A DNA stretch of 64,000 bases from the human T2T-CHM13v2.0 reference genome, Homo sapiens. The notes beneath the pieces are model-generated. The model had not been told where the DNA came from. It did no database searches and saw nothing but the letters and a program-made list of their open reading frames with translations. The DNA lies in the NCBI RefSeq assembly GCF_009914755.1, contig NC_060944.1; one strand, 5' to 3'. A program made the translations under genes and the position numbers. Of this stretch, positions 38,371 through 51,706 are shown piece by piece (positions within the stretch are counted from its first letter, which is position 1; each line of letters begins with the position of its first letter).

Positions 38371-39684
38371 TCAACCTTGAACCCATAGTCCCTCCAGTCT
38401 ACCATTTTCTATTTCTGCACGCCTTCCCCTTCACAGCCTCTCTCTCCTGCACTCTGGGTAGCTGACACAAGCCAAAGACCATAGGTTCACTTTTTGGTGA
38501 GAAATAACTAGAAAAAATGATGACGAGCCAGTCAAACAGAACACTGGCCTTCAGAGCAGGGGTGAAAAGACACTTTAAAGCGAGAATGTAAGTCTGGACC
38601 ACTACCAGGGTTATGGCAAGCTGGTATCAGTGTATTACTATAAAAAATGCTAGGCTGATGGTTGAGCACTAGGAATGGAGAGTGCTAACATTTAATAGAT
38701 CTGAAGTTTACTTGCAAATAAGTTCCAGAATAATTGGAAAAATCAATGTATATATATATATTTATATTTCACACACACACATATATATATTTTACACGTC
38801 TTCTTCAAAAAGTAAAAATACTTTGATCTACATATGTGTGTACACATGCACATGAGCACACACACAGACACAAATATTTCCACTTATAAGTACTCCCATA
38901 TTCATCCCCAAATTAGGTTTTACAGAAAAAATTGGCCTAGTTTTCTAATAAACTAAAGTAAAACCTTTTCTGCTCTTAAAGATCAAATGCGAGTTACTTT
39001 TCTGAAGACCACAAACTGTTTTCAACTAAGGCAAATTAGAAGCACAAAGCAACTAGATTGTTTTACTAACCCACTCTAATGATGTTAAAGGATGTCCACA
39101 TTTTGTTGACATTACAAATTTGTCCATAAATCTAATGCGGGACAGAGTAACCTTCCTGCAGCAACAAGAGAGACAAATTCTAGAATGTGTTTTTCTACTT
39201 CTAAAGTAAATAAATAATGCTAAGCAAAAAGCAAAGCAAAACCAAAAACAAAACTAGGACCATGGAAGTAAATGCAAAGTCAACTTCGCGATTTAGGAAG
39301 GTCAAGCTGTTTGAAGAATTTAGGAAATGTATTTAAGCTGACTGTAAGTCTGGAATGCTCAGTCAGGAGTTAATAACTGACAGAGCTTGAGATACTCACA
39401 ATGGCTCTGTAAGTTTCCTCTAGAGCCCTCCCTCCACAACAGGGCAGCCCAACTTCTCTTGCACACCTTCCAATGTCCATCACCAGGGATGAAAGAGTGG
39501 GCTGGGGAACATGTGAGTTACTGAGGTGGAAAATGGGGAGATAGCATAAGGTAGATAATAAGAAAAGATCTAATGCATTCCCTTTATTCCCAGAATTTCA
39601 GAGTTTTGCCCTTAGCCTGACCTGTCATAAGTATGCAGAGAATACATTCATTTCTATGACTGCAGTTTTAGTGAGACTCACAAA

Positions 39685-39830
39685 ATATAAAAAGCCCTGG
39701 ACTGGGAGTCAGGAGGCCACTGTTCCAGCTCTGCCTTGGCAGGGATTAGGCCTGTAGCAGCTCTGGTTACACAATCCACACATGTTGCAGTTTCTCTCTA
39801 AGTTGTGAACGAAATGATTAAAACACCCCT
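39685..39830 (+). mobile_element. MIR 5' part
   Basis: aaagccctggactgggagtcaggag...ccagctctgcc. Confidence 0.6.
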
Positions 39831-40267
39831 AATTGGCTTTAAAAGTTTTGCTCTCTGATCTTCCTCTCACCCCTTCCCTTGGTGGTACCATGAGGAAAGA
39901 ACTAAAACTCATGTTTCCCTTAATTGTGGATTTCTTCCCATGTTGTGCCTAGGAGCAGCATAACCAAAAAAAAAAATCAAGTGTCTGTTGGGGTGACAAT
40001 AAACTCAGCAGCAAGGATGATGGTAAGCCTTTTACAATTACAGTGTCTGGAGATAGCAGCATGGAGCGCTAATGTCAAGACAATTGAAAAGTCATCCCCT
40101 TTCAAGCAGTAAGACTTTCAAAATCTTTAGTGATTATGGGTGGCTATCATTCCAAAGGCTTAAGCACAATTCTGTTATTTTAAACACAATACCTCAAATC
40201 TGAATTATTTAAAAATAAAACTTCAGGACCATTTTAATAAAAGTTTAATAATTATGCTTTTGGTGTG

Positions 40268-40638
40268 TGTTATGGACTGTACATTTGTGCTCCCCCAAAT
40301 TCATATACTGAAGCCCTAACCCCCAAAGTAATGGTATTAGGAGGCAGGGCCTTTGGGAGGTCATTAGGTTTAGATTAAATCATGAGGCGGGGTCCCATGA
40401 TGACATTAATGGTCTTATTAGAAGAGGAAGAGATGCTGGAGCTCCATCTCTCTTCACCTGGTGGGGACACAGCAAAACGGTGGCTGCCTGCAAGCTCAGA
40501 TAAGGACCCTCAGCAGGAACTAAAGGGGCCAGCACTTTGTTCTTGGACTTCCCAGCCCCTAGAACTGTGAGAAATAAATGTCTATTGTTTAGGCCTCCTA
40601 GTCTGTGGTATTTTTTATATAGCAGCTTAACAAAAGCA
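40268..40638 (+). mobile_element. MLT1A-like MaLR solo LTR
   Basis: Runs from tgttatggactg... to ...aaagca; perfect 5-bp TSD GTGTG at 40263-40267 and 40639-40643. Confidence 0.9.
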
Positions 40639-40736
40639 GTGTGTTAGTAAACATTCTTCAGTGCTTACAGGAAGCAGCCTCTGCCCATGCTGAAAATTAC
40701 CATTTCAAATGCAACCTAAATTAGAACAACTATGTC

Positions 40737-41050
<314 letters not shown>

Positions 41051-41432
41051 TGAGCATCACTGGCATCCCTGTGGAGATGAGTGCATATGCTGAGCATGTA
41101 GATGTGACATCTGCTTGGTTATTACAGCTCTTAAATATCTTTAGACAGACGAGGTAGGCCAGTCATTGGCATGTGGACAAAGGCCCAGTCTCTGCCTCAT
41201 CAGTGCTTGACCTGTCCTCACTGAGGCCTGTGAGAAAAATCTCATGACTACAACTTGAGTTTGTTTTGTTTGAGTAGTTTTAGAACCAGGTTTACCTTCT
41301 TCCAAATTTTATATATATATACATATATATGCATACACACACACATAAATATGTGGGTATGTATATTTGTCAAGTTATTCTCAATGTTATGAATAAATAT
41401 GGATCTCTGCTTTAAGATCTCTTATTCACCCC

Positions 41433-41895
41433 AGCTCAACTATTGCTATGTAATAACCACCCCAAGTTTACTGTAAAACCACACAAACCGTTTATTATTA
41501 TTATTGATCATGATTCTGCAAGTTGACTAAGTTTAGCCGGGCAGTTCTCACTCAGGGTCTCTCATGTAGGAACAGTTGGACATGAGTGTTGGTGTCATGT
41601 AGGACAGAGGACATGGGCTGGTGTTAGCTCACAGAAGACTCAAACAGCTGGCCTCCTTGGGCCTCCCTGTCTCTATGTGGTCTCCCCATATGGTCTCTTA
41701 CCTGGGGGCTCAAATCTTTTGAAGTGTGTGTCCTAAGAGAGAGCACCAGGTGGAAACTGTATTGCCTTTTACAATCTAGCCTTGGAAGTCATGCAGCGCC
41801 ACTTCTGCCCCATCCTACTCATTAGAAGTGAGTCACTAAACCCAGCCCTGTTCCATGGGAGGGAAGTTGATGCCACCTCTTGATGAGAGGAGCAG
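41433..41895 (-). mobile_element. Old MLT1 (G/H/J-like) MaLR LTR
   Basis: ctattgctatgtaataaccacccc...ctagccttggaagtcatgcagcgccacttctgcc...ccacctcttgatg. Confidence 0.75.
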
Positions 41896-42329
41896 GTCTT
41901 CAGCACATTGCTTCCTTCCGGTCCTCCCTCCCTTTCTTCTTTCCATGGGTCACCGATGGTAGAACAGGAAAAAGTCTAGGAGGTAATTGTTTTTTCATTC
42001 TGTCTCCAAAATCCCTCACCATTTCTGTATTTCTACAGAGGAAAAACAGAGGCCAAGTAATTTGAATCATTCAACCCATCTCTAATAGTGGAGCCAGCAG
42101 TAGAACTCCAGGGCTCTTCAATTTTCTATGGAAAGCAAGAGAATTAAGGGGCCCAACTTATTCCTCCCAGTGTTGTCCAGAGGGACTGGATCAGAAGCTG
42201 ATGGATTCTTTCCTCTGGCTTGCCAGGCTGGGGCTAGGTGCCCAGCTGTTTGTGATATTATGGAGAGAATTTATGGATGGGTTGAGTGTTGGACAAGAAC
42301 AGTGTTTTCTAGATCATCATTCTCCAAGC

Positions 42330-42695
42330 CTGGCAATAAGGTTCTCCCTCTGAGATGGAGTTTAACTTGCAGGATATTTATTCAGGAGAGGCTCTGGGAC
42401 CAATATCTGTGGAAGGGAGCCACAGTGGATACTACTGGGCATTCTGAAGTGGATTGTTCCTTCAGAGTAGTCCTGAGTGGGGCCAAGCTACAGAGCCTAT
42501 GTGCACATCCATTTATCAGCCACTGGATGACCTGCCCAAAGGGGCCTGAGCACGGGCTCCAGGTGGCTCTCCACAGCTGACCCATTTCTGAAGGGGCTGA
42601 TAGTGAAAACTGTCTGCCAGTGAAACTCTTAGCAGCTGAGATTTATTCCTTAAAGTCTTTCTTTAAAGGGGGGTCTGGACAGCCTCCCATAGTGA
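42330..42695 (-). mobile_element. LTR16A/B-like ERVL LTR
   Basis: ctctgagatggagtttaacttgcaggatatttatt...gaaggggctgatag...gggggtctggacag. Confidence 0.7.
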
Positions 42696-42704
42696 TTTGC
42701 TGTG

Positions 42705-42810
42705 AATCACAAATGACAAGGCCCTGGCCCCCAGAGATTCTGGTTCAGTGGTCTGGGGTCAGGCCTGAGAATTCATGTTTCTTAAAGGCTCTAGGTGACT
42801 CTGCACAAGG
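42705..42810. mobile_element. MER5A-like hAT-Charlie fragment
   Basis: ccccagagattctggttcagtggtctggggtcaggcctgagaattcatgttt...aggtgactctg. Confidence 0.75.
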
Positions 42811-43859
42811 GGTTTCCGTCATATCAGCTGGACGCTCTGAGGCTCTCCGGAGCAGAATGAGGTGCTAAGGTGTTGTGTCTAAACGCATGGCTTGGTCAAG
42901 TGTCCCAGTGCAGTGATCCTCAGAGGGTCAGATGCAGCGAAAGTGAAAATGAGCATGTGGGTTATCCAGACACCCCAAGTTTATCACCCTGTCTGGGCCA
43001 GGGTGCATGACGCTCACTCCTGCAAAACAGAGTGAGCAGGCAGGGCTGTTTCTTCCCCCTGCAGCTGGGAAGCCCCAGCCAGCCTGCTCCATTGAACTTT
43101 CAGCTCCCGGAGTTGGCTCATTCCCTCCCAGAGAAAACAGCCCTATTATAAACATACAAACTTGAGTTGGGGCGGGGGTCACAGGCTCTTGCCTAAGTCC
43201 ATCCTGCAAAATTGACTTTTCTGTCAATGAGAACACAGCTCTGCTTTTACCTCTCCTGTGTGCTTTGGCAGTTTCTGCTTGGCTGTAAAATTTATCCAAG
43301 GAAAACTGGCATTTATCTTGGGTTCACTTGTACTCAGCAAAACTGATAAACAGATGGGGGCTGGCCAGGCCACGGGCAATTTGGTTAGCACTTTACAAAA
43401 TACAAATGTCATCCTTTATTTTTACAGGGATTATTTATTGTGAATTAGGAAGTTATTGGTCTGTTATATTCTAACAGGATCATTCACTCCAGTTAAGGGA
43501 TCCATGTCCCTATTATAAAGTGGTGGGGGGTGTCCTGGGTGGAAGAGACTTTCTGGCATTGTTGGCAATAAAGGAATAAAATGGCCCTGCTGGGTTTGCG
43601 TATGCACACACAGGGCACTTATCTGTGAAGACTGTGAAAAAAGAAAGAAAGAAGCAAAGAAAGAAATCAACAAGATTTGATGGGGAAGCTTGCAAAGGAG
43701 ATCAGAATTCAGATCAAATGTCCCACCCCAGTGTCTCTGGAGTTTTTTTTCTTTTGTGTCCCAGCTAAAGGCACTGGGAGGATCAGAGACCTCATCCCAG
43801 CTCTGTTTACTTTGGGAACAATCGTTGGTGTATGAATAATAATGCCTCCCTCTGACCAT

Positions 43860-44100
43860 GACTAATTGAATTGCAGCCTGTGGGCAGTGGGGAGGGGCTT
43901 TGCCGGGCCAGTCCATCACGGCGTTTCTCAAGTAGCCACCGACAGTGATGGATGCAGCGGCGCTTCCCAGAGTGCATCCTCGAACACCTAAGAGCAGGGG
44001 TATGAACCTGCATTCCGAGTTTCTATTAGCCGGGGCCTGGCAGAGAGGACGGGAATGGCGGCAGTTAAAGATGAGTTGGTTGATTAAAAGGAAGAGGAGA
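43860..44100. promoter_or_regulatory. Small CpG-rich unique element, candidate enhancer or promoter
   Basis: 11 CpGs counted in 43903-44060; G4 motif at 43882-43907; TGATGGAT PBX-HOX-type site. Confidence 0.45.
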
Positions 44101-45153
44101 GGCAGCCCTTTTCCTAACCTCCTCCTCCCACACCTGATTTTAAGCAAGTTTTGTTCATGGGGACAAATGAGAAAATATTCATCGTGTGACCATGCAGGCC
44201 TCAGTGGGGCCACCTCTGCTGAGGCCGTGCCTGTTAAAAGTACTGGGCTTGTTTGGGGTGCAGTGGGAACCCTGGCTTGGAAAACAAAAAAGCAAAACAG
44301 CCAAAGATTTGTCCTGTTAGAGGATGTTTAGAAGCCAACAAATGAGGTAGAAGAGGAGACAGAAAGACAAGAGAGAAGTAGGGGCAGTTGGAAACGGAGT
44401 CTATGGCCATGTCTATAATCCAACAATGGATCACACAGGGACCCTAACATTTGGTCGTCCTGTTGTCTGCGCTGTGTTTACACAGCAGAACCATGCAGCT
44501 GGGGCCCTGGGCTCAGTCGGACTTTGTTCTCACAGCATGAAGGTGACCCCTGGTGAACTGCGATCCGGGAAGCTTGTGCAGCCCAGCAGTCTCTATGGTG
44601 GTCTGGACACAGGGGAAGTCGTCCAATTACAGGGTCACTGCTTTCTATCTCAGTCGGATTTAGTCCGGGCCAAACCCCAGATTGGCACCTTTTTATGAGA
44701 GCTGTGCACGCCACCCTGGCTCCTTTTGGTGGCAGAGGCTGGCTGAAACTCCAGGCGGATTTTGGAGGCAGATGCTGGCTTTAAGGGAGCTTTGGTTGGC
44801 CTGCTCCTCTTGGAAAGCCCTGATAAAAGCATTCGAGGCAGGGGCTATACTTCTCTTGTATCTAAAATCCTGAAATTTTAAATCCCTCCAAACAGTTTCT
44901 TATAACTTTTTTGTTAGCTTACTATGCTTTAAAAATTATCCATAGGTCTTAGTACCAACAGTCATTTTACTGCACAGAAGTTTCTCAGCTCCCTTCTCTT
45001 ATTTAAGAATGAGATACTCTCTGCCCATTCTGAACTTTACAGGAATAACTCAGGGTGTCTTGTTCTTATAAATAAAAAATTTTTAAAAAATCTTCTAATA
45101 TGTTTCTATTTTATCTATCAATCCATTGATCTATATGTTTATTTATCCATCTG

Positions 45154-45156
<3 letters not shown>

Positions 45157-45200
<44 letters not shown>
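45157..45200. repeat. (ATCT)11 tetranucleotide STR (GATA type)
   Basis: Perfect 44-nt array with degenerate flanking units. Confidence 0.97.
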
Positions 45201-45201
<1 letters not shown>

Positions 45202-46389
45202 ATCTGTCTGCTTTCCTACTTATCTTGGTGAATAAAATAAAGCCAGGAAAGAAAGGCAGGTGTGTTAAGGGAGCCGTCTATTCCTCTGGCATGAGTAGGG
45301 TGCAGGATGTAGTATCATGCAGCTGGTATTATGAGCTGTTGGAGGCAATTTCAAATCGATGCATAAAAATTATCTCCCCAGTATGTCCTGAATCCTAACC
45401 CCACTTGACCAAATGAACAATAAGACATTCAAGCAAAATAAGTAGTTTCCTGGTGCCTGTACCAAATGTGAAATATTTTCAACCCCTCAAATCCAGGCCG
45501 TTATAGCATTTTAGTCTCTGGTTTTCAACCCCCAGCCCAACCTACTAAACAAACATTGTGACCACCCTGGCGTGGGCCACACTCCTGGGGTTAAGATATT
45601 CCACCTAAAATCCCTTCAGTCTCTTTGAGCTGATATTCATGGACACTATTCTTGTGCTTTGAATACAAAACAAAGGGAGATGGAGCTGGCTTAGCTGCTG
45701 CAAAAGTGAGGGGAAGGAATGGTAAGAAGATGCATTTATGCCTGCAATTTGTCTTTAGAAAATAAATATTTCAAACATTTACTCAGAAACCAGGTTTTAC
45801 TGTCTGTTATGAAGCAGCAGGATTTATTAAGAGAAAGCAGAAATCAGTGTAATTTATGGAAAGATGGCTGAAGACAGCCTATGTGGGCCCTGAAGCTGAC
45901 CAAATTCTAATAGTCACCCTCCTTGGGTTCAGATGCATGGAGGAAAGCTGCGTCTTGAAATTGAGGGGGCTTTGAGTAGGACCACCACATAGTATCTTCA
46001 CCACCCCAATAACCCTATTATAGCTTCGTGCTTTGAATCTAGATGGCATCTGTACATCCCCACTCCTGCATTGCATTGAAATAAGGCTTGAAGGAGTATT
46101 TAAGAAGAAATTGATCAGGATACAGGGTGGAGAGTGCTAGGGAGGAAGGTAGGGTGTTCCAAGAAGAGGGCAGAGAGTAACTCAAAGAGAGAACAAGAAT
46201 CAAAGGTATATTCCTATTCCTGCACAGTTGTCACTGGGGCCAGCCTGCAAAGCTGAGAGCAAGACTGATATCCTTCTACCAACTCTTAGTGGTCTAGCAG
46301 ATGAAACCAAGTTAGAAATAGAACAATATTTTTCTGTAAAAGTGAATTCTTGTTAGTTACTTGAGATAACAGTGAAAGAATGACACTTT

Positions 46390-46530
46390 AATCTCTATGC
46401 TTCCTGTGGGCTATGCACTAAGCACTTCCAATCTTCCACGTTCATGTTAATCCTCCCAACAATCTTGGAAGTGGATGTTATCATTTCCACTTTAGGCAAT
46501 CAAGGCACAGAGAGGTCAAGTATATGCCAG
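46390..46530 (-). mobile_element. MIR SINE
   Basis: ttaatcctcccaacaatcttggaagtggatgttatcatttccacttta...aggcacagagaggtcaagt. Confidence 0.8.
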
Positions 46531-46729
46531 GTGGTCTGTCCTCTAACAACCCAGGGGGCTGTCCTCAGGACTCTGGATGCAACCCTGACGGGGACACATT
46601 GCCCTCTGACCACTGGGATGGGTGCCTGAAGTTTCTGAAAATATTCCTCAAACTTGAAATACACTCAAACTAGAGAGTATTTAGTGGCTAGCAGAATTTG
46701 AATACAGCAAAATGGATAAAACCTTTTTT

Positions 46730-47225
46730 TTTAAAACTAACTAGTAATATTCAAATGGTCATATCCTTTTCACTTAGTAATTCTACTTCTGTGTGTTCCT
46801 TCTATTGAAAAACATGCAATTTTGCAAAGATCTGTTCAACCACAGTCATTGCAGTTTTATATGAGAGAGCAATGTTCCAGACTTTCTTGAAACACCACAA
46901 ATGCCCTTCCAAAGAGGATCGTTGAGATAAACTATTTCATATGCTAGATATCTGCTAAAAGTACCAAGATTCATGCACTTAGCCTAAAATAGAAAATTCT
47001 CCATGATATTTTAAGTGAATAAAGAACCATAGAGAAACATCCCCATTTTATAAAATAATAATCACATAGGGCTATCCATGGAAAACATTCTGAAAGCAAA
47101 TTCTCCAGTCAGTCAGTTATGGTCACCTCTGGGGTTGGGATCAGGGAAATATCCACTGTCTATGCTATACTTTATTCTGTAAATCTTTATTTCTTAATGA
47201 ATATGTACTGTTAACAGAAAAAAAA
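46730..47225 (+). mobile_element. Ancient L1ME 3' remnant
   Basis: catatccttttcacttagtaattctacttctg; aaatgcccttc; ggtcacctctgggg. Confidence 0.55.
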
Positions 47226-47539
47226 GGAATGCAAAAGTTGTTGCTTAGCTCAGAAAATACCCAGTGATCACCGCTGTCATCTAGCAATCGTATTTTTAAA
47301 AAACCATGTGCTGTGAGGTTATATAAGTTAGGTTCTTAATAGAATTTTTCTTATTATTCAAGAGGTTAATCATACCTGTTACCATGTATTCTGACAGCTG
47401 TTTCTGAGCCCTCTTTCCCGCTGCTCTAATGTCTATATTTTAGTAAAGTCTATTTTCAATATGAGTTCCATATTTCTGACCTATTCTCTAAAATTTGTTT
47501 GGAACCCCCACATCTTCATTCATGCCTTTTTGCACCCAT

Positions 47540-48079
47540 TCACAGACATGCATAGTGTGGCAAAAATTTGAGTCATCCAAAGTACCTATTCTCAGATGAG
47601 GTGGAACAAGCTCCCATTCTGCCTTCCTGTTTTAGCTCTCGGACTATATATGAGTGTTCTTTTGTAGTCCATTCAGTGACATGATTTTTTTTTTACATTT
47701 TTGTGCTTTTTAATGGTAATTTTACTATTGAAAATGGCCCTCAAACATGGTGCTGAAGTACTGGCTATTGTCTCTAAGCCTGGGAAAGCTGGGATGCACC
47801 TTACAGAGAAAACAAGATGTGTTAGACAAGCTTTCTTCAAACTGCTGTTTGCTATGACTTCATGGTAAATGAATCAACCCTATATAGGAAATAAGGTGTC
47901 TTCTTATTTAAGTAAGTGGAAACACTCATAATACAATGTATGGATCCATTGTGGAAATGTTGTGACCAGAGGCTTGCAGGAACTTAACTCTATATTTCCT
48001 TTAGGAGCAGTGGGTTGCTAATACAGTGTTTGCAGCAACTTCATAGAACATAACTACAGTGAATGAGGGAAACGGACTG
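47540..48079. mobile_element. MER82 TcMar-Tigger element, partial
   Basis: gcaaaaatttgagtc...gatgcaccttacagagaaaa...gtgaccagaggcttgcaggaac...tagaacataactac...gactg|ta. Confidence 0.85.
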
Positions 48080-50785
48080 TACTTTAGTCTGGGCGGCATG
48101 ATCACAAGCAGGGAGTTCGGAGCTTAAGTCCTACCCCAGTGCTTTTGTGGCCCTGACCGTCACACTCCAGGGGTGCTAAGCCAGAATCTAAACAGCCACA
48201 GGCTGGCCAGTGGTAGCTGCTGAGAGTGCTCCTGCTATCTACACCTCCGCCAATGCCAGAAGCTTTGCCAAACAGCACACTGGGAGTCAGAGGTGGGATT
48301 CTGTTGATGACGTCAGTGGTACTCAAGATACGAGAAAATGTAGAGATGGTCGACCTCCCTGGAGGGTCTGTTAGCCTAGCAAAGCCCATTTCCATGCTCT
48401 TAGGAGTGGTTCCCAAATTAAGCTGGTGTCAGGCATTCACAGAAGGATTTCTGGGTGCCTGGGCAGGCTCTCGGGATGACAGAAGCCCCCTGGAACACTG
48501 TCATGCCTGCCTCGAGGGCTGCACCCTGTGGCACAGAGAGAACTGAGGCATTTCTGGCCACACCACAGCCTTGGCAATCTGTCTTCCCATCCCCCATGCA
48601 ACAGATCTGAAGTTAGTGAAATAAAATTAAAGAGGCAAAAAGTGTCTTTCCAAAAGTCCTAAGACCTATGTAACTAGTTAACCAGAAAAAGTCTGGGATT
48701 ACTGTTAAGAAGTAAAGATGAGTTTGCTGGGATATATACAGTACTTTTCACCCACTACCCACATCCTGATGTAACATCAATTTACTTTTCTCTCCCACAA
48801 TAGAAGCATATGTATTCATTTAGATACAAATTATATAAATGTATATAAAATTGCTATCATTCATATATTTAAAATCAAATAACCCAATCTTAACTAATTG
48901 CCTAAAAAGAAAAAGAAAACTTGTTGCTAAAGGAAAATTCAAATTATAATTCTCATTACCGATGAATACTTGAGTTGGCATCTAAATTCAGAAACTTGCA
49001 TGGATTTCCAACGACTCTCAGTGGCTTCATTTGCCTTTCCTCTCTAGTCTCTGCTACCACTAATGAAAATCGAGCCTCTTTTCATAAAAATCCCATCTGT
49101 CCACTCCCACTCCGGCTCCTGTTTTTGGCTCAGTCAGATCAACTTGGGGTATGGTGGCAGCCTGTGGGGGAAGCTGTGATGTGCTCTCTCATCCGCTTTC
49201 AAGGGAGGACATGTTGCTCTGGCTGCTGGAGGGCCCTTCAGGGAAGCCTCAGCTGCCTGGAGCCCCTGGCCTCAGGTCATAGCTTCCCACATCCAAGGAC
49301 TGGTGGCCGTGAATGACCTCAAGCCTGGACATCTTGGCCAACTCAGAATGACCTTCAAGGACCCTCCCAGCTCCGAGACTAGCGCTAGCTTGTGCCAATC
49401 TTTGCCCCATTCATATTTTTACTTATTTTTCTTCTCCCATTATTTGCAAAAAAACCAAAAGAAATATTGAATTTTGAGGATGATAAAGAACCTAAGTGGC
49501 AGTGATTTTCCCCTACCTCTTAGAACGAGTCACATGCACTGAATTCCTGGCAGTGTCTTTCCTGCTCTGTCTTTGGAAAGCCAGCAAGTCTCCCTGAGGA
49601 AGACTATTTCCAATAAGGGCTGAATCTCCCTTTGTTGAATATTTGGATCACTGGGCCACTACCTGATATGACAGAGAGTATATTTGAATGAATGAATTCT
49701 TTGGGTCTCTTTCTTCTAATTTTTTTAGAAATCCATCCACTTTACTGACATGGGAATAGACAGCAAATGCATACCCTGCTCTGTAAGTAAAGGGCCTCGG
49801 CTGGAATTTGCCCAGACAGTGACTCTGGTGCCTGTTCCTTTTTTCTGACATTTTGTCTGTTTTCTCCAATACTTGATTGAACAATTAGCTTTCTTTTTTT
49901 CCCCCTCTGATAGCTTTCATTTTCTATTTTGGACTGAAATATTTTTATATTATCTTTTTTATATTGGGCTAAACTTTATGACAGCTTAACATTTTATCTT
50001 AGAATTTTTTCACACTTTGAAATAATTTCTGCATTTATATTTCACTTAAATTCTACATTTAAATTTTGGTATCAATTATTTTCTACTGGATTAATTTTCC
50101 ATAACAACGTATAAAATGTTTATAACACATTTAAATAAAACTTTATGGATCATTTATGATAAACAGTTAATGGTTATTACATAATGATTTGTGTTTTAAT
50201 AAAAGTAATTGTCAATGTAAACTGGAGACCCAGCAATTTCATTCTGGTACCTTAAAAACAATAGACTATATGAACATCAAGCAGAACATTAAATATTGCC
50301 ACTATAGCATTACTGATAAGGTTTCTTTTTTAAATTTTACACTTAAAAGTCCTCGTCTCTGAGTTCATTGCTCACAGAATCTATTTAGAAGTACGGGTTA
50401 TTTTAGATGTTATTAGATTAACAAGATTGATTGTTGTGCTAATTCTTTAAGTTAAAAGTAAAGTTATTTTACATCCATTGTCAGGACTGTTGTAATATAC
50501 TGATTTCACGAGACCATGATATCTTATGGCTGCCTTCTAGAAAAATGTCATAACAAATATATAATTCACCTGTCCTGGGAGTCAAGAATGTTAGAATAAA
50601 AATACGTAAAAAATCAACATGCAAAGTTGTTAGTGATGTAAAGTGTTGAGGCTTGGATGGGACATCTTTGCTTGGGTCACAGTTTCAGCAACTACACAGT
50701 GCCCGGCACCTGACAACCCCTCAGTATCATCACAGTGTCACTGATCAAATTATGAAAGAGTATTCTTTTCTTTTTTTTCCCCTCT

Positions 50786-51118
50786 TTTATTTTTAGTTGG
50801 CATGTAATAATCATACATACTTATGGGATAGAGAGGTATACTTCAATAGATGTATGCAATGTGTAATGACCAAATCAAAGTAATTAGTACATACATCACC
50901 TCAAATATTTCTTATTTTTTTTGTGTTAGGAATATCCAAAATCTTCTCTTTTTAAAAATATATAATAAATTACTGTTAATCACATTCCGCCTACAGTGCT
51001 ACATAACACTAGAACCCATTCCTCCTAGTTAGTTGTAATTTTGTATCCTTTAACCAACCTTTCCCTATTCTCCCCTCCCCCTGAACCTTCTCAGGCTATA
51101 ATAACCTCACTTCTATGG
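50786..51118 (-). mobile_element. L1MA (4/5-like) 3' end
   Basis: atgcaatgtgtaatgaccaaatcaaagtaattag...catcacctcaaa; degenerate TSD gagtattcttt / gagtgttcttt. Confidence 0.88.
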
Positions 51119-51394
51119 AGTGTTCTTTACTCACTTGCAAAATATGACATGTTTGCAAGACTGTGTGGCACAGAGTAAACACTCAATAAAGGTTAGTTTC
51201 TTTTTTGACTTTTCATTGGAGAAGAAATTCTCCCTCCTAAATTTTCAAAACTAACAAAATTTTAAAAAGAGGGTTTTATATACATAGAACAATACTTGTT
51301 TGACATATCCTAATAGGTGGGTTAAAAGCCAACCATTAATGGGCAAGATTTGATTCTCAATCATTTTTTTCATTCATAGAAAACACAAGCTTTT

Positions 51395-51558
51395 GCAACC
51401 TAAATGTCCATCAATAGATGAATGAGTAAACAAAATGTGGTATATATTTACAGTGAAATATTATTTAGCCTTAAAAAGAAAAAAATTCTGATAAATATGT
51501 TAAGATGATAATTCCTATGTTATGTATTTTTACTACAATTAAAAATTAAAATAAAAAA
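51395..51558 (+). mobile_element. L1MB-like 3' fragment with a large internal deletion
   Basis: caacctaaatgtccatcaatagatgaatg...ttagccttaaaaag joined directly to the terminal atgttatgtatttttactacaatt. Confidence 0.75.
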
Positions 51559-51681
51559 TTGACCAGAAAGTGATAGAATGTACCCAAAATGTTAATAAGA
51601 AAACAGGAGGGTCAATAAAACAGAGAACAGTTGAAGCATAGATTAAAGGTTAAATAGAACACTTTTCGTGTCTCTAAAACT

Positions 51682-51706
51682 AAAAAAAAAAAAAAAAAAA
51701 AAAAAA
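51682..51706. repeat. Poly(A)25
   Basis: Uninterrupted homopolymer. Confidence 0.95.

Noticed and set aside
43464-44213. Longest ORF (249 aa, minus strand)
   Set aside because: It starts at GTG, has no recognisable domain, includes low-complexity F/L runs, and overlaps ORFs in other frames, as expected in locally GC-rich DNA.
48102-48546. Antiparallel 104-aa and 106-aa ORFs as a possible pseudogene
   Set aside because: No recognisable homology, poly(A) tail or TSD.
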